Positions 51,546-62,691 of a DNA stretch of 64,000 nt are shown piece after piece. This stretch comes from Octopus vulgaris. Lineage: Eukaryota. The position numbers and the translations under genes were made by a program. The stretch spans positions 15,934,001 to 15,998,000 of the forward strand of contig OX597816.1 of assembly GCA_951406725.2 (NCBI GenBank), in the 5' to 3' direction. Every line of letters begins with the position of its first letter. The first letter of the stretch is position 1. The notes below the pieces were generated by a model that was not told the origin of the DNA, did no database searches, and saw only the letters and a program-made list of their open reading frames with translations.

Positions 51546-51935
51546 GGATGGATGGAAGCACTCCGTCGGTTACAACGATGAGGGTTCCGGTTGATCTGAA
51601 TCAACGGAACAGCCTGCTCGTGAAATTAACGTGTAAGTGGCTGAGCACTCCACAGACACGTGTACCCTCAACGTAGTTCTCGGGGATATTCAGCGTGACA
51701 CAGAGAGTGACAAGGCCGGCCCTTTGAAATACAGGTACAATAGAAACAGGAAGTAAGAGTGAACGAAAGTTGTGGTGAAAGAGTACAGCAGGGATCACCA
51801 CCATCCCCTGCCGGAGCCTCGTGAAGCTTTTAAGTGTTTTCGCTCAATAAACACTCACAATGCCTGGTCTGGGAATCGAAACCGCGATCCTATGACCGCA
51901 AGTCCGCTGCCCTAACCACTGGGCCATTGCGCCTC
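51546..51935 (-). mobile_element. tRNA-derived SINE family E, full length
   Basis: GGAGGCGCAATGGCCCAGTGG A box, GTTTCGATTCC B box, (CATC)n tail; 13-bp TSD CTGACTCTATAAT. Confidence 0.8.
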
Positions 51936-52094
51936 CTGACTCTATAATAACATAGCTCTGTCAAGAGGGAGATATAGAAGGGCACCAGGAAAATCAACAA
52001 AGCTAGATGTGCTCGACCAAAGACACCTGAGAAAGATTCTATTTCAATATACAATAAAACAAATATAAATTTATGTCTTAAATAGTGTACCAAC

Positions 52095-52193
52095 TTTTTC
52101 CATTCTCTGAACTCCTCAATTATCTTTAATTTTTCTTGGTAACTGCTTTCAAAACGAAGTGAAGCGTTTTTATACATGGTTTCCAAACTGCTT
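52095..52193 (-). CDS. Unidentified coiled-coil-like protein, exon 5 of 8
   Basis: ccttaattttcag| ... AA|gttggt; phase 2 to 2; (R)SSLETMYKNASLRFESSYQEKLKIIEEFREWK(K). Confidence 0.75.
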
Positions 52194-52329
52194 CTGAAAA
52201 ATTAAGGCCAAACATTAAATTTCATTTCTTCATTTGTTTACATCTGTTTTTACATGTTATCAAAAGTTAGACGAGTTTATATACTTGTTCCTTTTAAGTT
52301 GGGTTTGATTTTTAGAAAGATTCTTTGTT

Positions 52330-52645
52330 GTTAGTTAGTTAGTTAATTTTTTGGCTCAATAGCAAAAAGCAAGGCCATGTATGGGGACATGGAGTTAAGT
52401 ACAGGGTGGTGTTCATGTAAAGAGTTCAGGCCACTTGAGGTCAAGGGAGACTTTGAACAAAGCGGTTGTCGGCATCTTCACCATCTCATCTGGCAGCTTG
52501 TTCCACGGATCCGCAACCCGGACGGAGAAAGCTCCTCTCCTTCAATTGAGATGAAATCGTCGCCGGTAGAGCTTTTCAGAATGACCCCGCAGCCGACGCT
52601 CTGGAGCAGGAGTGAAGAACAGCTCTTTCGAGCAACCTACAAGCC
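52330..52645 (-). mobile_element. Second CR1-like subfamily, 3' fragment
   Basis: RRLRGHSEKL..RFHLN*RRGAFSVRVADPWNKLPDEMV..FK.SLD; (TAAC)n tail. Confidence 0.7.
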
Positions 52646-53339
52646 ATGTCTCTTTCCATGCGCACACACAAACACACATTTTGTCTGCCAAGGTCACTGA
52701 TGGAACCTCTGTGGTGTGGTGAGATGACCACACTCTACATCCTTTATTTCCAAGCACTGCTATAATAAACAATGGAAGTGAGTGAGAACGTTATAACTTA
52801 GTGTGCATGTGTAACTGAGTTCAAGGTAAGTCTGTTTCAAGTGGCTTCAATCTGAATACTTTAGCCCCATTACCATAGCAACAGTCACTATTTTAATATC
52901 ACACACTATTTTAATGCTGTACAATGCTGCAATCTTTTCTTCTAGTTTTACTCTATTGCAAAGAATTTCAAAGAATATGTCCCGATGCAAAATTCAGAAC
53001 CTCATTTATATAAAGGATAACTTAATATTACCAATCGGATTTGTTACCCCCAAAGTCACTTGCTATTGCCATAAAACGCCGATTCCCAGTCTACGTATAT
53101 TATTGAATTAGATAATTTGTGTAATTATCTGTATCATTAATTGAATATACATAATTTCTAAAATCTCCCACTCTACCTCTACCCACCTAGGTGGACACAT
53201 CTACATTACAATGTATATAGCCAAAGTCATCAATGATCAATAGATTATCAATTGCTGTTTAAGCCTGCCATATCTGGCCCAAATACTCTACCAGTTTTAT
53301 GATGAAACCAACCAGATCCTGGCCCTCACACAGATCCTG

Positions 53340-53750
53340 TTTCTCTACTACCCACAAGGGGCTAAACACAGAGAGGACAAACAAGGATAGACAAACGGAT
53401 TAAGTCGATTATATTGACCCCAGTGAGTAACTGGTACTTATTTAATCGACCCCAAAAAGATGAAGGGCAAAGTTGACCTCAGTGGAATTTGAACTTAGAA
53501 CGTAGCGGCAGACGAAATAACTATTTCTTTACTACCCACAAGGGGCTAAACACAGAGGAGATGAACAAAGACAGACAAACAGATTAAGTTGATTATATCG
53601 ACCCCAGTGCATAACCAGTACTTATTTAATCGACCCCGAAAAGATGAAAGGCAAAGTTGACCTCAGCGGAATTTGAACTCAGAACGTAGCAGCAGACGAA
53701 ATACCGCTAAGCATTTCGCCCCGGCGTGCTAACGTTTCGGCCAGCTCGCC
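53340..53750 (-). mobile_element. SINE family B dimer
   Basis: Head plus two bodies, with the same junction position (about 53520) as the tetramer at 4785. Confidence 0.8.
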
Positions 53751-54049
53751 GACTAATCTATCACACCGCAATAGCCGACATTCATCTTGTCAACAGCCAA
53801 GATAATAAAATGTTTATCCATACTCTTGGTATTTCTTGAGCGACTTTGTGATGGCTTGTCAAGCTTGGAGGGTGCCCCTGTGAGCATGGGAGCTACAGAA
53901 TCAAATCCAGGTGAAGCAGACAGGGAGTGCTGATCTCTGTGGGGAATAGCAAATATTTGGACACACTGACACACACACCTACACATAAACAGAAATAGGG
54001 AACAAAATAAATGAGAAGTTATGGCAAAAATTAAAAATGATAAACATAC

Positions 54050-54145
54050 CTCTTTTGATTCAGAGTTTTATTGTCAAACTCATTTGTTTTCAGTTTATCT
54101 ATAAGATCTTTCACATCTTTATACTGAGCTTTTGTGCTTTTGTAT
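54050..54145 (-). CDS. Unidentified coiled-coil-like protein, exon 4 of 8
   Basis: ttatttttgcag| ... AG|gtatgt; phase 2 to 2; (V)YKSTKAQYKDVKDLIDKLKTNEFDNKTLNQK(R). Confidence 0.8.
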
Positions 54146-54357
54146 CTGCAAAAATAACCACCAAGGAAAATTCAATTATTATGTATACCAATATAATGAA
54201 AGTTTTGAGCTGTGTGGTAAGCAGCTTGCTTACGAACCACATGGTTCCAGGTTCAGTCTTACTGAGTGGCACCTTGGGCAAGTGTCTTCTACTATAGCCT
54301 CGGGCCGCCCAAAGCCTTGTGAGTGGATTTAGTAGACGGAAACTGAAAGAAGCCCAT

Positions 54358-54392
<35 letters not shown>

Positions 54393-54953
54393 ATATGTTT
54401 GTGTGTCTGTGTTTGTCCCCCCACTATCGTTTGACAACCGATGCTGGTGTGTTTACGTCCCCGTAACTTAGCGTTTGGCAAAAGAGAGCGATAGAATAAG
54501 TACTAGGCTTACAAAGAATAAGTCCTGAGGTTGATTTGCTTGACTAAAGGCAGTGCTTCAACATGGCCACAGTCAAATGACTGAAACAAGTAAAAAAGTA
54601 AAAGAGTACTTGTTTTAGTCATTAGACTGAGGCCATGCTGGGGCACCACCTTGATGAATTTTTAGTCAAATAAATCAACCCCAGTACTTATAATTTCTTT
54701 ATTTTTTTTTAAAACCTTCTACTTATTCTATCAGTCACTTTTGCCAAACTGCTAAGTGATGGGGATGTAAACACACCAATACCAGTTGTCAAGCAGTGGT
54801 GGGAGACAGACAGAGAGACACACAAACACACACACGTTCATAAATATGCACAAGAGGTTTCTTTCAGTTTTCACAAATATTCTTCAAAGCGTTAGGTTCC
54901 ATCATTACACAACATTGTTTTTACATCAGAGCTAAAATGCTTTCATTACATAA

Positions 54954-55212
54954 AGGGCAACAACCCTGAAACATGTCTGCAGATGTCTGACCAGCAAGGT
55001 GAAGCAGCTGACCTCCCCTGTTCGAAGGTTGTAATGGACGCAGGTTCGTGTGTCATATAGCTAGCTAGAGGCGATGGCCTCTTGGAGCTAATCAGCGACA
55101 GCTTTAGTCTTATATTTATGGACTGCCATATTAGTTTGGCGATAACTACTAATATCCAGTAACGCTGCCGTAATCTCCTTTAGAGAGACTTAGTAATTTT
55201 AATATTTCTATT
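54954..55212 (+). mobile_element. Diverged relative of the 349-bp hammerhead element, 5'-truncated
   Basis: Starts with a hammerhead 3' half AGGG-CAACAA-CCCT-GAAA-CATG-TC; collinear motifs with the reverse complement of 31746-31980 (CTCCCCT, TGTGTCA, GCTAA..AGCG, TTTATGG(G)ACTG, TTAATATTTCTATT). Confidence 0.5.
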
Positions 55213-55989
55213 ACATATATTTAGTTTTATAAGTAATGTACCTGAGACCCCCTTTGGTCACGACACAGACCATGGGATTGCACCTAGAAAGTTAACCTCC
55301 CAGGCACAAGTCCGGGCAAGGTTGTTTATGGAAGACCTGCAGTCACCCATGCATACCAGCCTCTCCTCTCCACGCCACCAGTGTTATCCAAGGGAAAGGC
55401 AAAGGCCAATACAGCTTGGCACCTGTGATGTAAGGCATGTGTGTGAGTGTGTGTTTGACAGGATCTGATTTGGGCCAAAGACTGCATTGTGCTCCAGTGT
55501 CTGCTTTAGTATGGTTTCTATGGCTGGACATCCTTTCTAATGTCAGCCAATGGATGCTTTTTGCATGGTGCCAGCATTTGTGAGATTACCATGAAGCTTG
55601 TAAGACAAAGATTGTGTTTGACTGAGTGGGATTACAGTAGAGAAGACGGTGATTTTATGCTACAAAATGAAGGGTTACAGGGTGAGAGAAGGGTCCAGAA
55701 CAGATTTCTTGTGGTTGAGGAGCTATGTGGTTACTCACATTATAGAAGACAGGTTGGGAGGGACCAAGATGGGGTTGGAGAATGGCCAGGGCTAGGCTGG
55801 AGTGTAGTCAGGGTGGAGTTAACAACAGCTAATTTAATCCCATGAAAACAGCTATGAAGGAACCCCTAAAAGATAAAGAATAGAAAGGTGATTAAGAACA
55901 CTGGTAAAATAACATACCCCTATCATTGTTTATTTTGGGGGACATTTGGATTAAAAGCAAACAAAACAGTGATGAATGAATCAGTGAAT

Positions 55990-56115
55990 AACGAATCATC
56001 TCCTTGTTCTTTGTAAATGGAATGAATAGTGGATTCATTGACCCCAAACTCACATCCCATAGCAGCAAAGCTTCCACAAACATGCACCCTTTTTGATCCT
56101 TTCTACCTTCATATT
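55990..56115 (-). pseudogene. Decayed pogo/Tigger-like transposase N-terminal HTH fragment
   Basis: Frameshifted MKVERIKK / GSFAAMGCEFGVNESTIHSIY / KNKEMIR resembles the CENP-B/psq-type HTH (xxIGxxFGVNESTIRxIxKNKE); recognised by eye. Confidence 0.4.
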
Positions 56116-56728
56116 TTTTCTGTTTACTGGTGGCAAGTTGCTAAGTACAAGTAATGAAATCTCGCCTTACTCCTACCAGCGTCACCTTACTGGCACCTGT
56201 GTTGGTGGCATGTGTAAAAAGATTCGAGCGAGGCCGTTGCCAGTACCGCCTGACTGGCCCCTGTGCTGGTGGCACCTAAAAAGCACCCACTACACTCGCG
56301 GAGTGGTTGGCGTTAGGAAGGGCATCCAGCTGTAGAAATTCTACCAGATCAAGATTGGAGCCTGGTGCAGCCATCTGGTTTGCCAGCCCTCAGTCAAAAT
56401 CGTCCAACCCATTCTAGCATGGAAAGCGGACGTTAAACAATGATGATGATGATGATGATGATGATGACAGCACAGCCATATCATCACAAGTGATAGACAG
56501 TGCAGTCTGGGTAGCTAAGCATTGTGGGTAGTCACTGGGGCATATTTTTACAGCACAAGCCGACTCATCTCGATAAGCATAACACGACACACAATTGAAC
56601 GTATTGAGTTCCCCCAAATCAGTTACAAGTGAATCAGTGACAAACAAGGCTACTTGTACCAGTGATATGTGATTAATTCATGTTAATCAATATTTAATGA
56701 AAATATAATTCTCCAAGACAGTACTTAC

Positions 56729-56802
56729 ACCTTAATAGAATTGGTTTCTAATGAAAATGTTTTACAATTGTGGATTTTCTGAACCTCGTCTTTTACAATT
56801 TC
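56729..56802 (-). CDS. Unidentified coiled-coil-like protein, exon 3 of 8
   Basis: Long pyrimidine tract plus caag| ... GT|gtaagt; phase 0 to 2; EIVKDEVQKIHNCKTFSLETNSIK(V). Confidence 0.75.
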
Positions 56803-56894
56803 CTTGACAAAGAGAAAAAAAACAAAAATAAATAAATGTTTAATGGAATCAATATATGATCATTAGTTTGCTTTATCACTGACATGCAAATATG

Positions 56895-57604
56895 GGTACT
56901 ACTTAAGAAGAGTGGTCCCGGTGCATGCACTCGCGTACTTGCTCATCCGCGCTAGCTAGTCGTGACTAGTCGATCCTTACTTTGTATTTTTGTTTTACTC
57001 TTTACTCTTTTTACTCTTTTACTTGTTTCAGTCATTTGACTGCGGCCATGCTGGAGCACCGCCTTTAGTCGAGCAAATCGACCCCAGGACTTATTCTTTG
57101 TAAGCCCAGTACTTATTCTTTGTAAGCCCAGTACTTATTCTATCGGTCTCTTTTGCCGAACCGCTAAGTAACGGGGACATAAACACACCAGCATCGGTTG
57201 TCAAGCAATACTAGGGGAACAAACACAGACACACAAACATATACACACACACTTGTATATATATATATACATATATACGACAGGCTTCTTTCAGTTTCCG
57301 TCTACCAAATCCACTCACAAGGCATTGGTCGGCCCGGGGCTATAGCGGAAGACACTTGCCCAAGATGCCACGCAGTGGGACTGAACCCGGAACGATGTGG
57401 TTGGTTAGCAAGCTACTTACCACACAGCCACTCCTGTGCCTATTTATTTACTTTCTGTAAAAAATTATCTATTTTGTGTAAAAAAATTATTTATTTTGTG
57501 TTTTATATACTTTGCTAGGTAGTCATTGTAGGATTGACTAGTCACGACTAGCTAGCGTGGATGCGCGAGTACGCACACCGGGACCACCCTTCTTAAGTAG
57601 TACG
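56895..57604. mobile_element. MITE family with GGTACTACTT TIRs, copy 3, interrupted by a family A SINE (about 56995-57441)
   Basis: TIRs at both ends; 9-bp TSD GCAAATATG. Confidence 0.85.
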
Positions 57605-57760
57605 GCAAATATGACAGTTTGGGAATAAGAAGTGATCTAATGATAAACAGAAAATGAGAGTTAAAGTTAGTAATGTGAAGGACTGAAGACTTGTTACTGC
57701 AATATTCATCCAGAGACAAAATCTCTTATGGACATGCTATTTTAACCCTCTCAGGGAAAA

Positions 57761-58118
57761 GGTGGTAAGCTGGCAGAATCGTTAGCATGCTGGGCGAAAT
57801 GCTTAGCCGTATTTCGTCTGCCGTTACGTTCTGAGTTCAAATTTGGCCGAGGTCGACTTTGCCTTTCATCATTTCGGGGGTCGATAAATTAAGTACCAGT
57901 TACGCACTGGGGTCAATGTAATCGACTTAATCCATTTGTCTGTCCTTATTTGTTCCCTCTGTGTTTAGCCCCTTGTAGGTAGTAAAGAAATAGGTATTTC
58001 GTCTGACGCTACATTCTGAGTTCAAATTCTGCCGGAATTTGAACTCAGAACATAACAGCAGATGAAATACAGCTACGCATTTCACCCGGCGTGCTAATTT
58101 TTCTGCAAGCTCGCCGCC
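57761..58118 (+). mobile_element. SINE family B, 1.2 units, followed by an inverted SINE B head
   Basis: Multimer junction at about 57990; inversion point GAGTTCAAATTCTGCCGGAATTTGAACTC at about 58018-58048. Confidence 0.75.
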
Positions 58119-58916
58119 TTGAATATCAGAATACTTCAGAATATCTTCTACCTCTGCTAATTTGGTTACCCATGTAACTAACACTATCAACTACCTCTAG
58201 GGAACCTCGGGGGCATTTGAAAGAATCCATTTCCTGTGTGTCTGTAGCATTTGTTGCTCCTGTAACAAGATGAAGGTCTCAGGAACACTTGAGGGGTATC
58301 TGTCTTATCTTGTCACATACAATTGTCGAAGAGAGAACCAAAATCCAACTGTCTTCAATAGCAATAAATAATACTTTATTTTTCAGGTTTCGCAAATACA
58401 AAAAATATATGCACATAATATATTTTCCTTAAGGGCGAACAGGTAGCCAAGTCCACAAGACTGTTCATAAATGTTCACTTGTGTGAGCCAAAATTACCGT
58501 CTTTGTTCCCGCTTAGAAGAAGAGCTTCTCTATATGTAGGGTTTTCCCTGAGAGAAGATTAGGCATGTCCAATCGGTAGGGTTGCTGATTCAAAAAGACA
58601 GATTTAGTGGGAATGCTTTCAGTTTGCAGTTCTCTGCGCATGTGCATGAGGGAACTTCCGGTGGCCTACTGGAAGTAATCCAACTGCGCATGCGCGCTGA
58701 AAACTTCGGAAAATAGTGTCACTACACTCCAACACATCTTCCACATACAAACATTGCTATCTCTATTAATCTTCCTGTGATTCCACTGCACTTCTTGTGT
58801 GTCCATAGCTTGCACTGGTACTCACACGCACACACACACAGAGTAAGACAGAGAGTTATATATACGGATAAAATATATACACACAAATGCGTATACGTGT
58901 ACACAGATAAACTTAC

Positions 58917-58977
58917 CGAAAGCTCAAAGTTCTTTATTAGTTCTTCACACGCCCGCATTTCTGATAATGTTAATGAG
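58917..58977 (-). CDS. Unidentified coiled-coil-like protein, exon 2 of 8
   Basis: ttttgtttcttttgcag| ... |gtaagt; phase 2 to 0; (S)SLTLSEMRACEELIKNFELS. Confidence 0.8.
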
Positions 58978-60029
58978 CTGCAAAAGAAACAAAACCGAAA
59001 AGATTAAGCTTCAAATAACATATTGCTGTTTGAGGTAGGTGAGAGTTTATGGAAATTACAAAACATTATAAATTCTATGAAAGCACATGAGGAAGCCTCA
59101 AGTGGATGCTAGAAATAGCAGGCAAAACTAACTTAAATCATGCCCTACTGTAGGGCGTAGGAGTGGCTGTGTGGTAAGTAGCTTGCTTACCAACCACATG
59201 GTTCCAGGTTCAGTCCCACTGCGTGGCACCTTGGGCAAAAATTCAATTGACACTAATAGGGACTGAGGGTGCAAGGCAGCACCTACATTGCAAGAAACAA
59301 GAGTCAAAGACCCTTAAAGCCACAAAAAGCACATTGTCTATGTACTGACAGGGGAGATAACTGTCCCACAGAGAGTGAGATCACTATACTAGCAAGCTAG
59401 TTTTGATTTGAATTAAAGCTCATCAGTAGTGACTATTCCATCATTGATGGTTTTATATATATATATATATATATATATGGTGACCCCCTTCGGTCAGACA
59501 CTGACCATGGGTTTGCACCTAGAGAATTAACCTCTGAGGCACAAGTCTGGGCAAGGTTGTTTTATGGAAGACCAGCAGTCGCCCATGCATACCGGCCTCC
59601 CCTCTCCACATCACCGATGTTGTCCAAGGGAAAGGCAAAGGGGCCGATACAGCTTGGCACCTGTGACGTCGCAACTCATTTCTACAGCTGAGTGAACTGG
59701 AGCAACGTGAAATAAAGTGTCTTGCTCAAGAACACAACACGCAGCCCGGTCCGGAATTCGAGCTCACAACCTTACGATCGTAAGCTCGACGCTCTAACCA
59801 TATATATTTATATATGGCGGCGAGCTGGCAGAAGCATTAGCACGCCGGGCGAAATGCTTAGCAGTATTCCGTCTGCCGTTGCATTCTGAGTTCAGATTCT
59901 ACTGAGGTCGACTTTGCCTTTCATCCTTTCGGGGTTGATAAATTAAGTACCAGTTACGCACTGGGGTCGATGTAATCGACTTAATCTTTTTGTCTGTCCC
60001 CTCTATGTTTAGCCCCTTGTGGCCAATAA

Positions 60030-60082
<53 letters not shown>

Positions 60083-61438
60083 TTTGTGTGTAAGTGTGTT
60101 TGTATCTTGCTGAAGTGTTTTCCCAAATAAAATGGTCGGAGATTGGCACTTTAGCAGGTCCTTTTGGAGGACAACTAAAATATGTTATATGGTTAATTCA
60201 TTGGTAATGAATAACTATGATGAAACACACAGAGTTCAAAGTGTCTTCAACAAAAGATTTATTGTAACACAGTGAAAATGTACACATACAAATGGAAGTT
60301 AATTTCAAACGCATTCTTACAAGTGGAAACTTAATTCAAACAAACGTGTTAATACTAAGAACAATTGAATGCTGGTTGCAATTCACTTAAGTATTTGTTG
60401 AGTGCGTGTTGCCAGACATTAGGTCAATATAACAAATTGACACTAGAATAAGCCAAAAGACAGTACTTATCTAACGACTGCTTGTATTGTCTGCCACTTG
60501 TGTGTAATGTGAGAACAAGAGAGAGTTTCAAGTCCCAAAGAAATGAGTTTAGTTAGTTTCCGCTACCATGCTGGACTTGCAAAAGTAGATCAGTCAAAAA
60601 AGAAATGTTCTGCATGAGTCGTTCTGCAACTGGTTTGAACATGGAGATGACTGTCTTTATAGCGAGCAGGCAGAACTGTTAGCACGCCGGGCGAAATGCG
60701 TAACCGTATTTCGTCTACCGTTACGTTCTGAGTTCAAATTCTGCTAAGGTCGACTTTGCCTTTCATCCTTTCGGAGTCGATAAATTAAGTACCAGTTACG
60801 CACTGGGGTCGATGTAATTGACTTAATCCGTTTGTCTGTCCTTGTTTGTCCCCTCTATGTTTAGCCCCTTGTGAGTAATAAAGAAACAGACTGTCTTTAT
60901 AGCAACGCCTTTCAGCGCCGCCTAGCTACCAACTCAAAGTAAAGAAACCTTATTACATTAATGATGTCACCGGTGTTCACATACCTAAGTGACCCTCCCC
61001 CCGACCGTAGGTAGCAAGAAAGGTCAATATGCGAAGGAGTTAACGTAGGCTAAGAAAGAGTTAAGCCAAAACCATGGGCAAAGGTGATTACAGAAGCTAG
61101 CAAAGCACAAGTAATGCATGCAAACACAATATTCATAAAATTAAATGTAAAGAACATGTTATACAACACAGCAAATACAAAAATGCAACAAAACAGTTAG
61201 AATTTGCAATTTGTACATGAATTATTGTAGCCACAGGAACAAGTATAAACAGATTTAGAAAGTTTGCTTGGCCGACATGTGGTGCGACCTGTGGGCGTAA
61301 CGTAAGGTTTGGAAGGTGGTGTGGAAGGTGTCTGTGAAGGTATTGCAAATGTGGAGAGGGGTAAGGTTCAGGTGTATGAGCGTCAGTTTATGCCTTCTTG
61401 AGTCCATTCACAGACATAGTTGTCTTTTTTTCCATTAA

Positions 61439-61659
61439 CCCTTTCATTACCAACCCGGCTGAAACCGGCTCTGGCTCTGTAGTACAAATGTCTTGTTTTC
61501 AAAAATTCTAAATTAAAATCTTCCACCAAACTTTAGTCACAATTAATGTTCCTAACACCAGCTTAATAATAATTAAATTATTTTACTAAATTCTTTGTTA
61601 TATTTGAAGTAATTGAAAGAAACACAGAGCATCTCAAAATAAATATGGTAACGAAAGGG
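61439..61659. mobile_element. piggyBac-like MITE, intact
   Basis: TTAA-CCCTTTCATTACC ... GGTAACGAAAGGG-TTAA. Confidence 0.8.
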
Positions 61660-61709
61660 TTAAGGTCAACTGATCATAGTTTGAAATAAGAAGGGAAAAT
61701 ACAGTTAAG

Positions 61710-61781
61710 AAAGGAAAGATGTATTATAAAGGAAAGATGTATTATAAAGGAAAGATGTATTATAAAGGAAAGATGTATTAT
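61710..61781. repeat. 18-bp tandem repeat, 4 copies
   Basis: (AAAGGAAAGATGTATTAT)4. Confidence 0.9.
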
Positions 61782-61977
61782 TTATGAAGTTTCAGCTCCT
61801 CAACATGGTTTCTTCAAAGCAGGGGGAAAAGATTAAGGAAAGGAAAGGGAAGTGTTATCCAATAAGCAATCATAAAACTTAAACTTACTTCAGTGCACAA
61901 ACTGCATGATAGATGTGATCATAGTTTCTGACATTGTATTTAAATTCTTTCTTAATTCTGTGTAGAACAGAACATAC

Positions 61978-62021
61978 CTCTTTTGCATAAGAAAGTGTCG
62001 TGGTACTGCTTGGTACAATTT
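61978..62021 (-). CDS. Unidentified coiled-coil-like protein, first visible exon (1 of 8; the start may be the ATG at 61988 or lie outside the window)
   Basis: ggcag| ... AG|gtatgt; ends in phase 2; KLYQAVPRHFLMQK(S). Confidence 0.6.
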
Positions 62022-62658
62022 CTGCCAGTGTAAAATATATCAGAGTTTAACTAAAATTTTAGCTAAAGATTTCAACTACAATTGAGAGAAAAAATTCTGT
62101 ATCCCTTCAATAGTAACCTAGCATTTTTTTTTTTTTTTTCACTTCTGTAATACTTTACAGAATATCACTGCTAAAGGCATGTAATCAGCTGGCTGTTATA
62201 TTCTGTAAGATCTAATAACTATTGGCTTGAGCATGTGGTCAAGAAATTTGCTTCCAAATCATGTGACTTGAGGTTCAGCCCCCTCTGGAGCAACTTGGGC
62301 TAGTGTCTTCTACTATAGCCCCAAGCTGCCCAAGCCTTATGAGTGAATTTGGTTGACAGAAACTGAAAGAAACCAGATGTGTATTAATTGAAATGTACAG
62401 TATAAAATATTAATTACACTCAAGCTTACCAGTCAGTTTTACACTGGTGTTCAATAGGATGTTAAGTAATATCCCAATGATGTAACTCTGCACTCTTCAG
62501 AGTTAACAGTTATATCATCATCATCATTTAATGCCTGCTTTCCAAGTGCTGACATGGGTCGGAAAGTTTGACATGGAGCTGGCTAGCAGGGGGCTGTCCA
62601 GACTCCAGCTGTCTGTTGTGGCATGATTTCTACCACTGGATGCCCTTCTTAGTGTCAT

Positions 62659-62691
<33 letters not shown>

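Noticed and set aside
51860-51935. tRNA gene (also 20580-20653 and the SINE A heads)
   Set aside because: tRNA-like A/B boxes run straight into SINE bodies with tails and TSDs; no intact acceptor stem
55892-56140. ORF 55892-56083 as an exon of the minus gene
   Set aside because: Its donor is phase 1 and would stop exon 4 early; 56729->54145 joins in frame without it; better explained as a transposase fossil
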